Assembly (NCBI GenBank): GCA_964016885.1
Contig: OZ024761.1
Span: forward strand, 3,162,001-3,226,000
Source of the DNA: Eledone cirrhosa
Lineage: Eukaryota
Direction: 5' to 3'
Length of the DNA stretch: 64,000 bases
Below the pieces are notes generated by a model that was not told where the DNA came from, made no database searches, and saw only the letters and a program-made list of their open reading frames with translations. A program made the translations under genes and the position numbers. This document shows, piece by piece, positions 43,591 through 57,734 of this stretch; within the stretch, counting starts at the first letter, position 1; each line of letters begins with the position of its first letter.

Positions 43591-44126
43591 TCGACTTTGT
43601 TCCTGTTTTAAGTTATTTATAAAACACTTTTCATATTTTCTCATTAGGCTTTTGTTTTGTTTGTAGCAAATTATTTCCGAAGTTTATCGACGTTTCGGTG
43701 ACATACAGCTCATATTTTCCCAATGAAATACATTTTAATGGTGTTGGTTATGGCATGTTTATATATTTTGTAGCGGAAAAGTACCATCAAACCGATAGTG
43801 TCAACATTTTACTCAGTTTTGCACATGACTTTCAAGGAGGACGTCATGTTCAATTAGCCAATAAGAACCACTTACTAGTACTATCTGGTACTAAAAATAA
43901 AACTAAAATATACCAACGGAAATGACTAAAGTTGCATTAGTTTACAGCTCTGGTTTGGTATCTCTTCAATGTTCAATTTCGCCCTGGAGTTTGCAGCTAA
44001 TAAATAAGTTGATTTTTTTTACGCGAGTAAACTAAATATCGTTCACACTACACCTACCAACGTCTTGAAATCTGGAAACCCCCAAAAAGGTAAAAATCAA
44101 TACAGGCCATGTTATATATATATATA

Positions 44127-44488
44127 TGGACCAACCGTCGAACAGGACGTCACTGTGTGGTGCCAAAGGTCCCGTCTTCCACATCTAGAATAAGGAGCAG
44201 TTATTGCAATAGCCTGGGATTCAAGGGCCCTCAACTCTTCAACAAGCTGCCGGGGGATCTGAGAGATTTGCATGACGTGGAGGTGGATGTCTTCAAGAAA
44301 CATCTCGACACCTTGCTATCCAGGACCCCGGATGAGCCCACAGCAAGGCACGAGGGAAACCTAAGGGCAGCAGCAACAAACTCCCTCTTACAGCAGTGGC
44401 CAACCTATACAGGCTGGAGATAACATGTGTAGCAACAAGGGCGGTGCCCCTGCATGGCCTCAGCCGGATGACTGAAACAGGTAAAAGA

Positions 44489-44490
<2 letters not shown>
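44127..44490 (+). mobile_element. CR1-group LINE 3' end
   Basis: RTGRHCVVPKV...GPQLFNKLP...FKKHLDTLLSRTPDEP. Confidence 0.85.
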
Positions 44491-44527
<37 letters not shown>

Positions 44528-44567
44528 TTTTATGCTTTGGGAGGGTCATGTTGGCAATTCAGAAACG

Positions 44568-44606
<39 letters not shown>

Positions 44607-44607
44607 T

Positions 44608-44652
<45 letters not shown>

Positions 44653-44699
44653 GATATATAGATATACATATATATATATATATATATATGCATATATAT

Positions 44700-45415
44700 G
44701 TAGATAAATCTACCAAAAGTTTACGGTAGTGTCCAATCCGTATGAAGAGCTCAATGTAATCCGGATATCATGAAAAGAGAAGATGTATTCAAAAATTACT
44801 TTCGGTGAAAAATAAACGGAAAACAGAGTCAAGATAAATTAATAAAATAATGAATAAACAAAGAAACAGTTCCTTATATTAAAAAAATTCATCATTTTAC
44901 GATCGTTTCTAGGATATATATCCTATTAAATAAGCGACAGGAATTAATAATATCGTGTAATCATAAACTGAGAAAACCCTTTAAATATTACAAACGTAAT
45001 TAATATACACTTTAGAAATTAATATATAAACTATTTTTAATTTAGTTAACCTATAATTAATATTCTACTACTGATGAACTACATAATTCTACTTTAAATA
45101 TTATAAACCTAATTAATATACACTTTAGAAATTAATATATAAACTATTTTTATTTAGTTAACCTATAATTAATATTCTACTACTGATGGACTTCATAATT
45201 TTGCTTTCCTTCTTACAACTATCATTTCCTGAAACTGATACCATTAAGTAAACATATATAATGCTTTAACTTCAGGTTATGACTCTATGTTCCTTGAAAA
45301 CTATATATATTTATTATTTCTCACTAATAAATTTAATCCCCCCCCCCAATAATTATATGTATATGTAAGTGTGTATGTGTGTATATATATATATGTATGT
45401 ATGTATATATGCATG

Positions 45416-45484
<69 letters not shown>

Positions 45485-45509
45485 ATATGTGTGTGTGTAT
45501 GTGTATATG

Positions 45510-45541
<32 letters not shown>

Positions 45542-46390
45542 AGTATATATATATATTATTTTTATATTCTTTTAATTTCCCTTCATCTTTAACAGCACCT
45601 TTCAACTGCATCTTACTCTTATTTATCATACCTATATGTATTAGTATAATTTTATCAATATAAATATACCCATCAATTAAATTAATTTATATTCTTTTCA
45701 TAGATGTATTTTTTTCACTAACATTCTTATCGTAAAACTTTAGTCACCTTAGATATTTGTATTGGCATTACTATTTTATAACAGCAACTGCTTGTATACC
45801 TTTTACTGACCACCTGACCTATTTTCACCCCTAAAATAAACTTCAATTACTACTATTTTACCATTTGGCCAATTATTAACTTTCTATTGGTTAATTCTAA
45901 ACCTCTTACCAAACAGACAGAATATATTAGATCTTTGTTGGTTTTATTCAATGAACAAATAAAATTATTTCTGAGGTCAGCATAAGACCTATTTCTTCCC
46001 TAAAATAATCCTTCATTCATAATATTCTTTTCCATCCAAAACTGAAATCTACCTTCCTCTACCCATAATTTAAGGTTCTTCTACTACTATATTACTATCT
46101 TGACCCTCACTATCTCTCTATTGGTCAATTCAAAACCTGTTCCCAAACAGACCTATTGTATTGAATCTTTGTTTGTTTTTTTCAATAAACAAATATCATC
46201 ATTTCTGAAGACAGCATATATATGTGTAAGTATGTATATTCCCTCTGATAGTTTGTATAAATATTGTACATAGATCTATAGAATATGCATACCAACTCTA
46301 ACACATATATATCCTAGAAACGATCGTAAAATGATTAATTTTTTTAATATAAGGAACTGTTTCTTTGTTTATTCATTATTTTATTAATAT
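44700..46390. mobile_element. Wide-loop fold-back module with internal tandem duplications
   Basis: 44838-44920 is inverted relative to about 46305-46388 (GAAA cgatcg TA aaatga); ~112 bp duplication at 44998/45110; imperfect ~240 bp duplication in 45820-46215; short homolog at 18078-18150. Confidence 0.6.
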
Positions 46391-46568
46391 ATGCATATAT
46401 ATATATACATATATACATATATATATACATATAAATATGTATGTATATGTATATATATGTATATGTATATATATCTGTGTATATATATATATGTGTGTGT
46501 GTATGTTTATATATATGTATGTATATATGTTTGTGTATATATGAATATATGCGTGGTATATATATATG

Positions 46569-46607
<39 letters not shown>

Positions 46608-46734
46608 ATTTAAATTATATATATATATGTATATAAACATACTTACCTAAAGCACGCTTTCCTAACTGCATCCACACACACACACACATCCACGCACACA
46701 AACACACACACACATCCACACACATACAACATAC

Positions 46735-48225
46735 CGAGTTTGTAAAAAAGAGCAAATACTTGCATCACATCTGTAAGAAAGATCATTTGATCGTTGGTAG
46801 TCTACATCTGTAACAAAGAGCAAATATTTACTGATGGTCTATACATCTGTAAGAAAGTTCATTTGATCTCTGGTGGTCTACACATAACAAAGAGCACATA
46901 ATTGTTGGTGGTCGTCTAAACATCTCTAACAAAGGACTAATGCATTCTTGTGGTCTACATATATGTAACAAAGATTATATCCTTCCTTGTGATCTATACA
47001 TCTGTAAGAAAGATCGAGTATTTTCTGGCAGTCTCTACATCTGTAAGAAAGATCTAGTATTTTCTAGCGGTCTATACATCTGTAAGAAAGATCGAGTATT
47101 TTCTGGCAGTCTCTACATCTGTAAGAAAGAGTTAGTATTTTCTGGCGGTCTATACATCTGTAAGAAAGATCTAATATTTTCTAGCGGTCTATACATCTGT
47201 AAGAAAGATCGAGTATTTTCTGGCGGTCTCTACATCTGTAAGAAAGAGTTAGTATTTTCTGGCGGTCTATACATCTGTAAGAAAGATCTAGTATTTTCTA
47301 GCGGTCTATACATCTGTAAGAAAGATCGAGTATTTTCTGGCGGTCTCTACATCTGTAAGAGAGAGTTAGTATTTTCTGGCGGTCTATACATCTGTAAGAA
47401 AGATCTAGTATTTTCTAGCGGTCTATACATCTGTAAGAAAGATCGAGTATTTTCTGGCGATCTCTACATCTGTAAGAAAGAGTTAGTATTTTCTGGCGGT
47501 CTATACATCTGTAAGAAAGATCTAGTATTTTCTAGCGGTCTATACATCTGTAAGAAAGATCGAGTATTTTCTGGCGGTCTCTACATCTGTAAGAAAGAGT
47601 TAGTATTTTCTGGCGGTCTATACATCTGTAAGAAAGATCTAGTATTTTCTAGCGGTCTATACATCTGTAAGAAAGATCGAGTATTTTCTGGCGGTCTCTA
47701 CATCTGTAAGAAAGAGCTAGTATTTTCTGGCGGTCTATACATCTGTAAGAAAGATCTAGTATTTTCTAGCGGTCTATACATCTGTAAGAAAGATCGAGTA
47801 TTTTCTGGCGGTCTCTATATCTGTAAGAAAGAGCTAGTATTTTCTGGCGGTATATACATCTGTAAGAAAGAGTTAGTATTTTCTGGCGGTCTCTACATCT
47901 GTAAGAAAAAGCTAATATTTGCTAGCGGTCTATACATCTGTAAGAAAGTGTACAAACTTGATGACGGTCTATAGACCTGTTAGAAAGATCATTTGATCGC
48001 TGGTATCGGGACAGACGACTACCTAATTGCTGGCGTTCTATACATTTGTAAGAAAGAACTAATATTTGCTGGTAATTTATACGTCTGTAAGAAAGTCTTA
48101 ATACCTGCTGGCTATCTGCATATCTGTCACAACGAACAATTGATCTCTGTTGAAGCATACATATCTAAACAAAGAGCAGCTACTTACTGCTGGCAGGTCT
48201 ATGCATCTGTAATAAAGAGCAATCG
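46735..48225. repeat. 39 bp minisatellite with a 3 x 39 higher-order repeat and decayed edges
   Basis: Unit tacatctgtaagaaagatcgagtattttctggcggtctc cycling through gatcga/gagtta/gatcta variants; open frame 46940-47974 (YICKKDRVFSGGL)n. Confidence 0.93.
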
Positions 48226-48436
48226 GTCACTGATGCATCATGGCAACAAACTATCATCAGACTACAACCAAATGTTTTATCTCTTTGTCATTTGTCTTCT
48301 GTTCGCTTTAACTTTCTAAATTAGTTTTTCTCTATCAATTCCAATCGATCTACTCTTTAGATAACAAAACAAATATTTTTCTCCTTTTTGTTTTGTTTAT
48401 TTTCCTATAACTTTTCGATATTCTACCAACAACAAG

Positions 48437-48557
48437 ATGTCGGACAATAGTTCGTTGTTTTCAACAAGAGAGTGGATTAATTCACGGGAAGAATATGGAA
48501 TGTGGACAAAGGTTTATTACAGAACAACGGATGGTAACATTGCTATGGGGAAAGAGG
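48437..48557 (+). CDS. Candidate host exon (product unknown)
   Basis: Long pyrimidine tract then caacaag|, 121 nt open in two frames, donor GG|GTGAGT. Confidence 0.35.
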
Positions 48558-48559
48558 GT

Positions 48560-49320
48560 GAGTGAGAGACAGACAGGGAGAGAGAGACAGAGAGAGACAG
48601 AGAGAGAGAGAGATAGAGAGACAGAGAGAGAGGGACAGGGATAGAGAGAGACACACAGAGAGACAGAGAGAGAGAAACACAGACAGGGACAGAGACAGAG
48701 ACAAGGACAAAGAGAGAGAGACAGAGACACAGACAGAGAGAGTGGGATAAGAGAGATAGACAGATGTTACAGCAGGCAGAGAGAGAGTTAGAGAGAGAGG
48801 GGGGATAAGAGAGTTAGACAGAGGTTCCAGCAGACAGAGAGACAGAGACACAGACAGAGAGAGGGGGGATAAGAGAGATAGACAGATGTTAGAGACAGAG
48901 AGAGAGGGGGGCATAAGAGAGTTAGACAGAGGTTCCAGCAGACAGAGAGAGAGTTAGAGACAGAGAGAGAGGGGGGATAAGAGAGTTAGACAGAGGTTCC
49001 AGCAGACAGAGAGACAGAGACACAGACAGAGAGAGGGGGGATAAGAGAGATAGACAGATGTTAGAGACAGAGAGAGAGGGGGGCATAAGAGAGTTAGACA
49101 GAGGTTCCAGCAGACAGAGAGAGAGTTAGACAGAGAGAGAGGGGGGATAAGAGAGTTAGACAGAGGTTCCAGCAGACAGAGAGATAGTTAGAGACAGAGA
49201 GAGAGGGGGGATAAGAGAGTTAGACAGATGTTACAGCAGACAGAGAGATAGTTAGAGACATAGAGAGAGAGGGGATAAGAGAGTTAGACAGATGTTACAG
49301 CAGACAGAGAGGGAAGGAGG
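48560..49320. repeat. GA-rich microsatellite and minisatellite
   Basis: Repeating gggggataagagagttagacagaggttccagcagacagagaga. Confidence 0.92.
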
Positions 49321-49409
49321 GTAAGACAGACAGCAGACGGTAAAAATATTTCCATAAATAAACGGATACAGACGAAATATAATATATTATTATTTTGTTT
49401 CTCTCTTAC

Positions 49410-50775
49410 ATGTATACATTGTCTTATATATTATATACACTGACTTATATAATATATACACTGTCTTATATAATATATACACTGTCTTATATATTATATA
49501 CACTGACTTATATATTATATACACTGACTTATATAATATATACACTGTCTTATATATTATATACACTGTATTATATAATATATACACTGTCTTATATATT
49601 ATATACACTGTCTTATATGATATATACACTGTCTTATATATTATATACACTCTCTTATATATTATATACACTATCTAATATATTATATACACTGCGTTAT
49701 ATAACATATACCCTGTCTTATATAATATATACACTATTTTATATAATATATATACACCGTCGTATATAATATATACACTGTCTTATATATATATACACTA
49801 TCTTATATAATATATAAACTGTCTTATATAATATATACACTGTCTTATATATTATATACACTGTCTTATATATTATATACACTGTCTTATATTTTATATA
49901 CACTGTCTTATATATTATATACACTGTATTATATATTATATACACAGTCTTCTATAATATATACACTGTCTTATATAATATATACTCTGTCTTATATAAT
50001 ATATATACACTATCTTATATATTATATACACTGTCTTATATAATATATATACTGTCTTATATAATATATAGACTGTCCTATATAATATATACACTGCCTT
50101 ATATATTATATACACTGTCTTATATAATATATACACTGCCTTATATAATATATACACTGTCTTATATAATATATACACTGTCTTATATATTATATAAACT
50201 GTCTTATATATTATATACACTGTCTTTATATAATATATACACTGTCTTATATAATATATATACTCTCTTATATATTATATACACTGTCCTATATATTATA
50301 TACACTGTCCTATGTTATATATATGCACTGTCATATATAATATATACACTGTCTTATATAACATATACACTGTCTTATATATTATATACACTGTCTTATA
50401 TAATATATAGACTGTCCTATATAACATATACACTGCCTTATATATTATATACACTGTCTTATATAATATTATACACTGCCTTATATTATATATACACTGT
50501 CTTATATATTATATACACTGTTTTATATATTAAATACACTGTCTTATATAATATATACACTGTCTTATATATTATATACACTGTCATATATTATATATAC
50601 ACTCCCATATATAATATATACATTGTCTCATATATTATATACACTGTCTTGTGTAATACATACACTGTCTTATATAATATATACACTGTCTCATATAATA
50701 TATATACACTGTCCTATATATTATATACACTGTCTTATATTATATATACACTGTCATATATAATATATACACTGT
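49410..50775. repeat. 21 bp AT-rich minisatellite
   Basis: Unit atatacactgtcttatata(t/a)t. Confidence 0.95.
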
Positions 50776-50899
50776 TTATATGTATGGGGTGTGCTTGTAT
50801 ATTTATATGTATGCCTATGTGCGTGTGTATATGTGTATATATATATATATGTGTGTGTGTATGTGTGTGTATGTACACATATATATGTGTATGTGTGTG

Positions 50900-50932
<33 letters not shown>

Positions 50933-51490
50933 ATATTTAGTTTTTTTTGTGCATTTGCTTACCACGTGCGTTTGGTCATTTAGTATTATTATTATTATTA
51001 TTATTTTTATTTTTATTTTAAATTTTGCTGTCTTGTATCGCTGTCAACTTAATATTATTTTTTATTTTTTATTTTCTTAATCCTTATTCTTTATTTGCTT
51101 GTTTGTATGTGACCGCCTATTATGATTATTTATTCTTATTTGTGTGTGTGCATATGTATTCTTTTATATGTGAGTACGTATGCATGTGTGTATATATGTG
51201 TGTATGTATGTGTGTGTATGTTTGTATGTATGTATGTGTATGTATATATATGTTCCTCCAGCCTCCCTTTCATATCTGTTATATTTTTGTTTTTCAAATC
51301 CACTGTCAATAAAGACACCAGGACTTTTTCATTCTAATGAATGGTTGCTTTCAAGAAACCACTGGTTAATGAAGTAATTATCTTATGTTGTTTATTACAT
51401 AATTAATAAGCTCTGTAACCTACATAGAGCACTCTTTTTTCCTGGACCTTACCGACGGAATCACTTCATTCACACACACATATATATATA

Positions 51491-51761
51491 CAATATATTA
51501 ATAAATGGAAACTATATTTATAAACCATATTTATTTTATTATATATATTTCAAGGGCAACCAAGGCAAATTATGGTGCGCTTTCATCAGATAAAATACAG
51601 ATTTGTTTTATAAATAAATATTGACATACCCGGAAAAAAGACAACCATAACGGTTGGAGCTTCCTGGATAGTATTTACTCCACTAAACTGTTGTGTGCTT
51701 TATATCAGTTATAAAAAAGTTTAGGCTTGTTGAATCCCAACAAATTAAATATAACCTCTGC

Positions 51762-51762
<1 letters not shown>
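51491..51762. mobile_element. Family F module; intact HHR at 51532-51597 (-)
   Basis: tattttat CTGATGA aagcgcacca...tggttgccctt GAAA tatata TA ataaaata; inverted tail from about 51672. Confidence 0.78.
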
Positions 51763-51804
<42 letters not shown>

Positions 51805-51807
<3 letters not shown>

Positions 51808-52265
51808 CGGTAGATAAGGTTTTGTTTATGTATATCAGGAATGAATGCTTAAACAAAAAAAAACTGTTTAGCAGGGAATTCAATAGGAAGGTATCCTTTG
51901 AATCGTATAGTGATAGTAGGGGATATGGTATATAGGTCCAGAAGAGATAAGGGAGTATAGTGATATATATGGAAGTAGGGGATATGGTATATAGGTCCAG
52001 AAGAGATAAGGGAGTATAGTAATATAAGTATTGCACCAAGAAAAATATAAACATCGGCGAGAAAGGAGATTAGGAATTTATTTGCTTCCAGAATTTATGT
52101 TTTCTTATGAAGTGTGATAAATAATTAAGTATTGCATATGAATGAACAATATTGTAATCAGCATATGTAGACAATTACAATACACACAGAAACATATGTT
52201 AGAGCAAATAAATTCCTAATCTCTTTTCTCGACAATGTTTATATTTTTCTTGGTGCAATACTTGC
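51805..52265. mobile_element. Fold-back module without a visible HHR
   Basis: 52027-52088 is inverted relative to about 52202-52263; ~60 bp direct duplication at 51916/51976. Confidence 0.55.
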
Positions 52266-52273
52266 TTATATAT

Positions 52274-54995
52274 ATATATATATATATATATATACGTGGG
52301 AAAGTAAGAAATCGGAGAATAGACCGTTAAAACATATTTATTTAAAACAGCACCTACGTACGTTTCGCCCGGTTGGGTTTCTCAAGGGCATAAATAATCA
52401 AAAGTGTTCCTTACATTGCTCGGAAAGAGTTTTGGGGGTTAAATCTACGTCAAGGTTCATTGCTCGCAAAAATAGCTTGTTTTGATTTTGCAGCAGGTCA
52501 AGGGAGGTAACTCTGGCCGGTGTTAGGGCAGTCTTTCCCGGACAAATTTTTTTATCCGCTACGAGATGAGGTTACAACCTTACCATTGTCGATACGCATG
52601 TAATCAACGCTTATTTTGAGAGGTTTTTTTTTGCTGCATCTGTTTGTCTGAGTCGTTTGAGGCTGGGTCTGGTATGCAAGGATAGTTTCCTGGGTGTTAT
52701 TTTGCAGCGCCTGCCCGCCGGGATGTTAAGACTTGTTGCAGGGAGATCCGGTGCACGGTTTCACTCCTCATCCTTAACCCATCTGAAGAAGGATATTTTT
52801 AAGCGATGTGTACAACTTATCGCTGTTTCAGCTCTGCTGTTGATGAGCTCGTGGAGTGCAGTTATGATGTGGTAGAGCTCCGTGAGGCAAAGATCGCATT
52901 TCCTCTTGAAGTTGTACGGTGCAGCCCTTCCGACAATATCCCAGTGCGTGGAGAAGCTGATGTTTAAGTCCTTTAGTGATGTGCTATAGTCCGCGAGCGA
53001 AGTGGAGTGTCTTAGTTTTTTATTTGTGAAAGAGTGGAGATGTGTTCGAACGGGCCGGAGGTAGCCCCTATATAATGTTTAACGCTATTGTGGCTAGTTA
53101 TAGTGCATCTATATATAACCCTATCAGTTAAGCAGTATCCTCTAAGAGGGCAGCGTCCTCTGTCGCGACAGTTGCAATTTCTGTCGCGGTTCCGTCTATT
53201 TCCTACGGTAAGGCTATCATTGTTGCTGCCTACGTTGTTACCCACGCTACCGCAGCTGTCGTTAGCACCATTACATCCCACAGCACGCGGGGTGGTACGA
53301 TTGTTATTCCGCACGTCATGTCCCACATGTTCCCCAGTCATTTCGCAGTTATGCTGGTTGCGTCTGCGGATGCCGTTGCCAACATTATTGGATGCTTCCA
53401 GTGAGTTGTTAAGGCCGATATAGTTATTGTCAGGTGTAGGTGCGTCTGAGTCGAGGTGCTGTGTCTTGGTGATCTTACTGTGGTTCGTTGTTTCTATGAT
53501 GTCTGCTAGGTTAGGAGTAGTAGAGAAGGATATTTTTATATTGTTCCTATTAAGAATTTTTCTATACCTATGGTTGGGCGGGAAGTTCTTCTCTAAGGCT
53601 TCGAAGAACATCCGGGGTATGTTGGAGGACACACTCCTAGAGTAGGGGGGTGGAACCATAGGACGTTACGGTGGCGATTACGTGTCCTTGTACGTTTGCT
53701 ACGGGTGGTTCCATCTAGGTGACCGCTCTTATGTGTGTTAGTGCGCAGTCACCCGTTCAGTGCCCCTTTCACTTTATGCTCGGGTGCACTCTTCCTACCT
53801 CTTCCATGTTTATGTACAGGAAGATGTTGGTTGGAAGGCGTTGGTAGTATGCCGTCGCCTTTGTTGATTTTGTAATAGGGGAATAGTTCGAGTAATCTAC
53901 AGTGGTCACCGTCGCTGTGGTCGTGATCTTTAGTGCGGTTATCTATTCTATTATATCCGACTTCAACGGAACAGGGACAGAAATTGCAACTGCCGCGACA
54001 GAGGACGCTGCCCCCTTAGAGGATACTGCTTGACTGATAGGGTTATATATAGATGCACTATAACTAGCCACAATAGCGTTAAACATTATATAGGGGCTAC
54101 CTCCGGCCCGTTCAAAATTAGGTTTCGAACACATCTCCACTCTTTCACAAATAAAAAACTAAGACACTCCATTTTGCTCGCGGACTGCATCACATCACTA
54201 AAGGACTTAAACATCAGCTTCTCCACGCACTGGGATATTGTCGGAAGGGCTGCACCATACAACTTCAAAAAGAAATGCGATCTTTGCCTCATGGAGCTCT
54301 ACCACATCATAATTGCACCCCAAAAGCTCATCAACAGCAGAGCTGAAACAGCGATAAGTTGTACACATCGCTTAAAAATATCCTTCTTCAGATGGGTTAA
54401 GGATGAGGAGTGAAACCGTGCACCGGATCTCCCTGCAACAAGTCTTAACATCCCGGCGGGCAGGCGCTGCAAAATAACACCCAGGAAACTATCCTTGCAT
54501 ACCAGACCCAGCCTCAAACGACTCAGACAAACAGATGCAGCAAAAAAAACCTCTCAAAATAAGCGTTGATTACATGCGTATCGACAATGGTAAGGTTGTA
54601 ACCTCATCTCGTAGCGGATAAACAAATTTGTCCGGGAAAGACTGCCCTAACACCGGCCAGAGTTACCTCCCTTGACCTGCTGCAAAATCAAAACAAGCTA
54701 TTTTTGCGAGCAATGAACCTTGTCGTAGATTTAACCCCAAAACTCTTTCCGAGCAATGTAAGGAACACTTTTGATTATTTATGCCCTTGAGAAACCCAAC
54801 CGGGCGAAATGTACGTAGGTGCTGTTTTAAATAAACATGTTTTAACGGTCTATTCTCCGATTTCTTACTTTCCCACGTGCTTATGCTCTGCTAATTCTCT
54901 AGCCCACTAAATATTAACACTTCGAATATTTAATACTGCCGGCACTAGTATCGAGCACCTTTAGCATACGCTACTTGGCAAATAACTATATGTAT
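52274..54995. mobile_element. Large inverted pair of Naiad-type PLE 3' halves
   Basis: 52274-53180 is inverted relative to about 53980-54878; tail on the right only; CNCRDRGRCPLRGYC, YIGATSGPFKIRFRTH, CDLC, CTHR; HHR motifs at 52350-52389 (-) and 54783-54822 (+). Confidence 0.9.
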
Positions 54996-55039
54996 CACCT
55001 ATCTTCCTCTTTTTTTTTCTCTCCCTCGATACGTAAATA

Positions 55040-55098
<59 letters not shown>

Positions 55099-55207
55099 GA
55101 GAGGGAGGGTGAGTGGGGGGTATACAAAGTGTGTTTGTGCGTATAAGTGCCGGTTATAAGAGTGGTACTGCCGGGTAATAACTGAAAAGTTACAATTAAC
55201 AAATTTC

Positions 55208-55475
<268 letters not shown>

Positions 55476-55476
55476 T

Positions 55477-55562
<86 letters not shown>

Positions 55563-55763
55563 TCACTGTAAGAGAGAGAATAACGGAATAGAAATGTGAA
55601 AAATATGAACATGTCATAGAAGAATGATTCTGCAGTAGCTGGAATAAATGGAAAGTTAATGAGCTGTGAAGAGAATTTAAATTTGAGAAAAATCTCGAAT
55701 AACTTTTAATTTAAAACGTAGAAACTATTTAATAAGTTTGGATATTTTCTTGAAACAACTCAG

Positions 55764-55843
55764 CTATACCAGAAAGAATCATTTCATTTTATATATAACA
55801 CTTCACTCCTGATGGAGTCGTTGGGACGCCATATTAGCATACG
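55764..55843 (+). CDS. Candidate host exon (product unknown)
   Basis: ctcag| LYQKESFHFIYNTSLLMESLGRHISI |CG-GTAAGT; phase 0 start is compatible with the 48437 exon. Confidence 0.3.
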
Positions 55844-56098
55844 GTAAGTGGGTTTGTTTGTATTTTTTATTTATTTTTCTACTTCTGTTAAACATATATT
55901 CTAATATATATTGTACCAAATTTAAAGTCTTTAAAGTTTTTCTTTTTTTAATATATATATATATATATATTAAAATAACAGATTGAAGTTTAAGCAAAGA
56001 ATCGCTGCTTTCACCCTTAATAGGAAATATATATTTTGATATACATTATCCTTATCGAAACCTCTTTGGATTTTAGTCTTCACATTTATTATTATTAC

Positions 56099-56144
<46 letters not shown>

Positions 56145-56148
<4 letters not shown>

Positions 56149-57016
56149 GAAAAGTATAGAAATTATTGTAGCAAGAAGCCATAATATATAAGTGACTATA
56201 GCGTCAAAATGGAAAAATAGTTAACGTAAGATGTGGGAAAATAATTCAAACTCAATTCAAAAAGAATCAGGATATAGATTCATCCACAGAATTTGGTGAA
56301 ATCCTGGGAAAAAATCAATAGAGCCTTAACTCAGAATAAAATAAAGTTTAAAATACTCATCCTTCAATTTGGAAAATCTACAAATGCTCTGTATAGTCTT
56401 AAAGACTATTTAACGAAACTTTCAGTGGGGATGGTCACGGTTGGAGTGGATCATCAGCAGAGCTCAAAGACACGATATCCAAAGTCCCACTGTTTATAAT
56501 ATGCTAAAAAGGGAATTTAAAAGCAGGCTAGTTCAACATCATGCGTAATTATGAAGAAAAACGCACATGTAGAGACAGGGCTGGTGACGTCAGAATGAGA
56601 CGAATGTCTGTTTACATGAAACAACAGTCAGAAACATTTCTAAAAAAATCTACAATATAAGGAGTTCAGCAAAAGCAATATTATTGCGTTTTTTTTTTCT
56701 TTAAAGATCGGGATTAGTCACAAATAAATTTTAAGCACTCTAGGAAAGAAATCCGAGTATAAATATAAATGAAAAGTATAGAAATTATTGTAGCAAGAAG
56801 CCAACAGTATTTCATAATATATAAGTGACTATACCGTCAAAATGGAAAAATAGTTAACGTAAGATGTGGGAAAATAATTCAAACTCAATTCAAAAAGAAT
56901 CAGGATATAGATTCATCCACAGAATTTGGTGAAATCCAGGGAAAAATCAATAGAGCCTTAACTCAGAATAAAATAAAGTTTAAAATACCTTCAATTTGGA
57001 AAATCTACAAATACTC

Positions 57017-57020
<4 letters not shown>
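56145..57020 (-). repeat. Partial tandem (about 1.4 x 620 bp) of HHR unit J
   Basis: aaatgaaaagtatagaaattattgtagcaagaagcc at about 56145 and 56767; HHR at 56386-56463. Confidence 0.78.
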
Positions 57021-57079
<59 letters not shown>

Positions 57080-57080
57080 T

Positions 57081-57111
<31 letters not shown>

Positions 57112-57450
57112 ATATATATATATATTATATATATATATATTATATATATATATATTATATATATATATATATATTATATATATATATATATATTATATAT
57201 ATATATATATATTATATATATATATATATATTATATATATATATATATATTATATATATATATATATATTATATATATATATATATATTATATATATATA
57301 TATATATTATATATATATATATATTATATATATATATATATATTATATATATATATATATTATATATATATATATATATAATATATCTAGATATATATAT
57401 AATATATATATATATAATATATCTAGATATATATATAATATATATATAAA
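57021..57450. repeat. Pure A/T microsatellite with periodic TT interruptions
   Basis: Directly visible; similar tract at 59663-59940. Confidence 0.95.
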
Positions 57451-57734
57451 TTAGAATTGGCGCTCTGAAATAGCGATATATATATGAATGTATATATATA
57501 GTGTATTTTGCAATACACTGGATGCTTAATTAAAAGCATTTCGAAGACCTTACGCTATTGTTTTCGAGTAGTGACAGTCTCACTTACTCTAAATTTTCAG
57601 CAAACAAGGGAGATAAAGCTGACAGAGCTCTGTTTCGTACTGATTGGTTATAATAATTATATATATATATATATATATTATAATAATTATATATATATAA
57701 TACTGCCAACAGCAACACACACATTCAATGGCTA

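Noticed and set aside
46940-47974. CRISPR-like regular repeat
   Set aside because: Contiguous 39 bp units with no unique spacers, no cas genes, and a eukaryotic context.
51261-51373. Possible exon ASLSYLLYFCFSNP...
   Set aside because: It would fit the ATG frame of the 48437 candidate, but the donor is weak and the phase is incompatible with the 55764 candidate.
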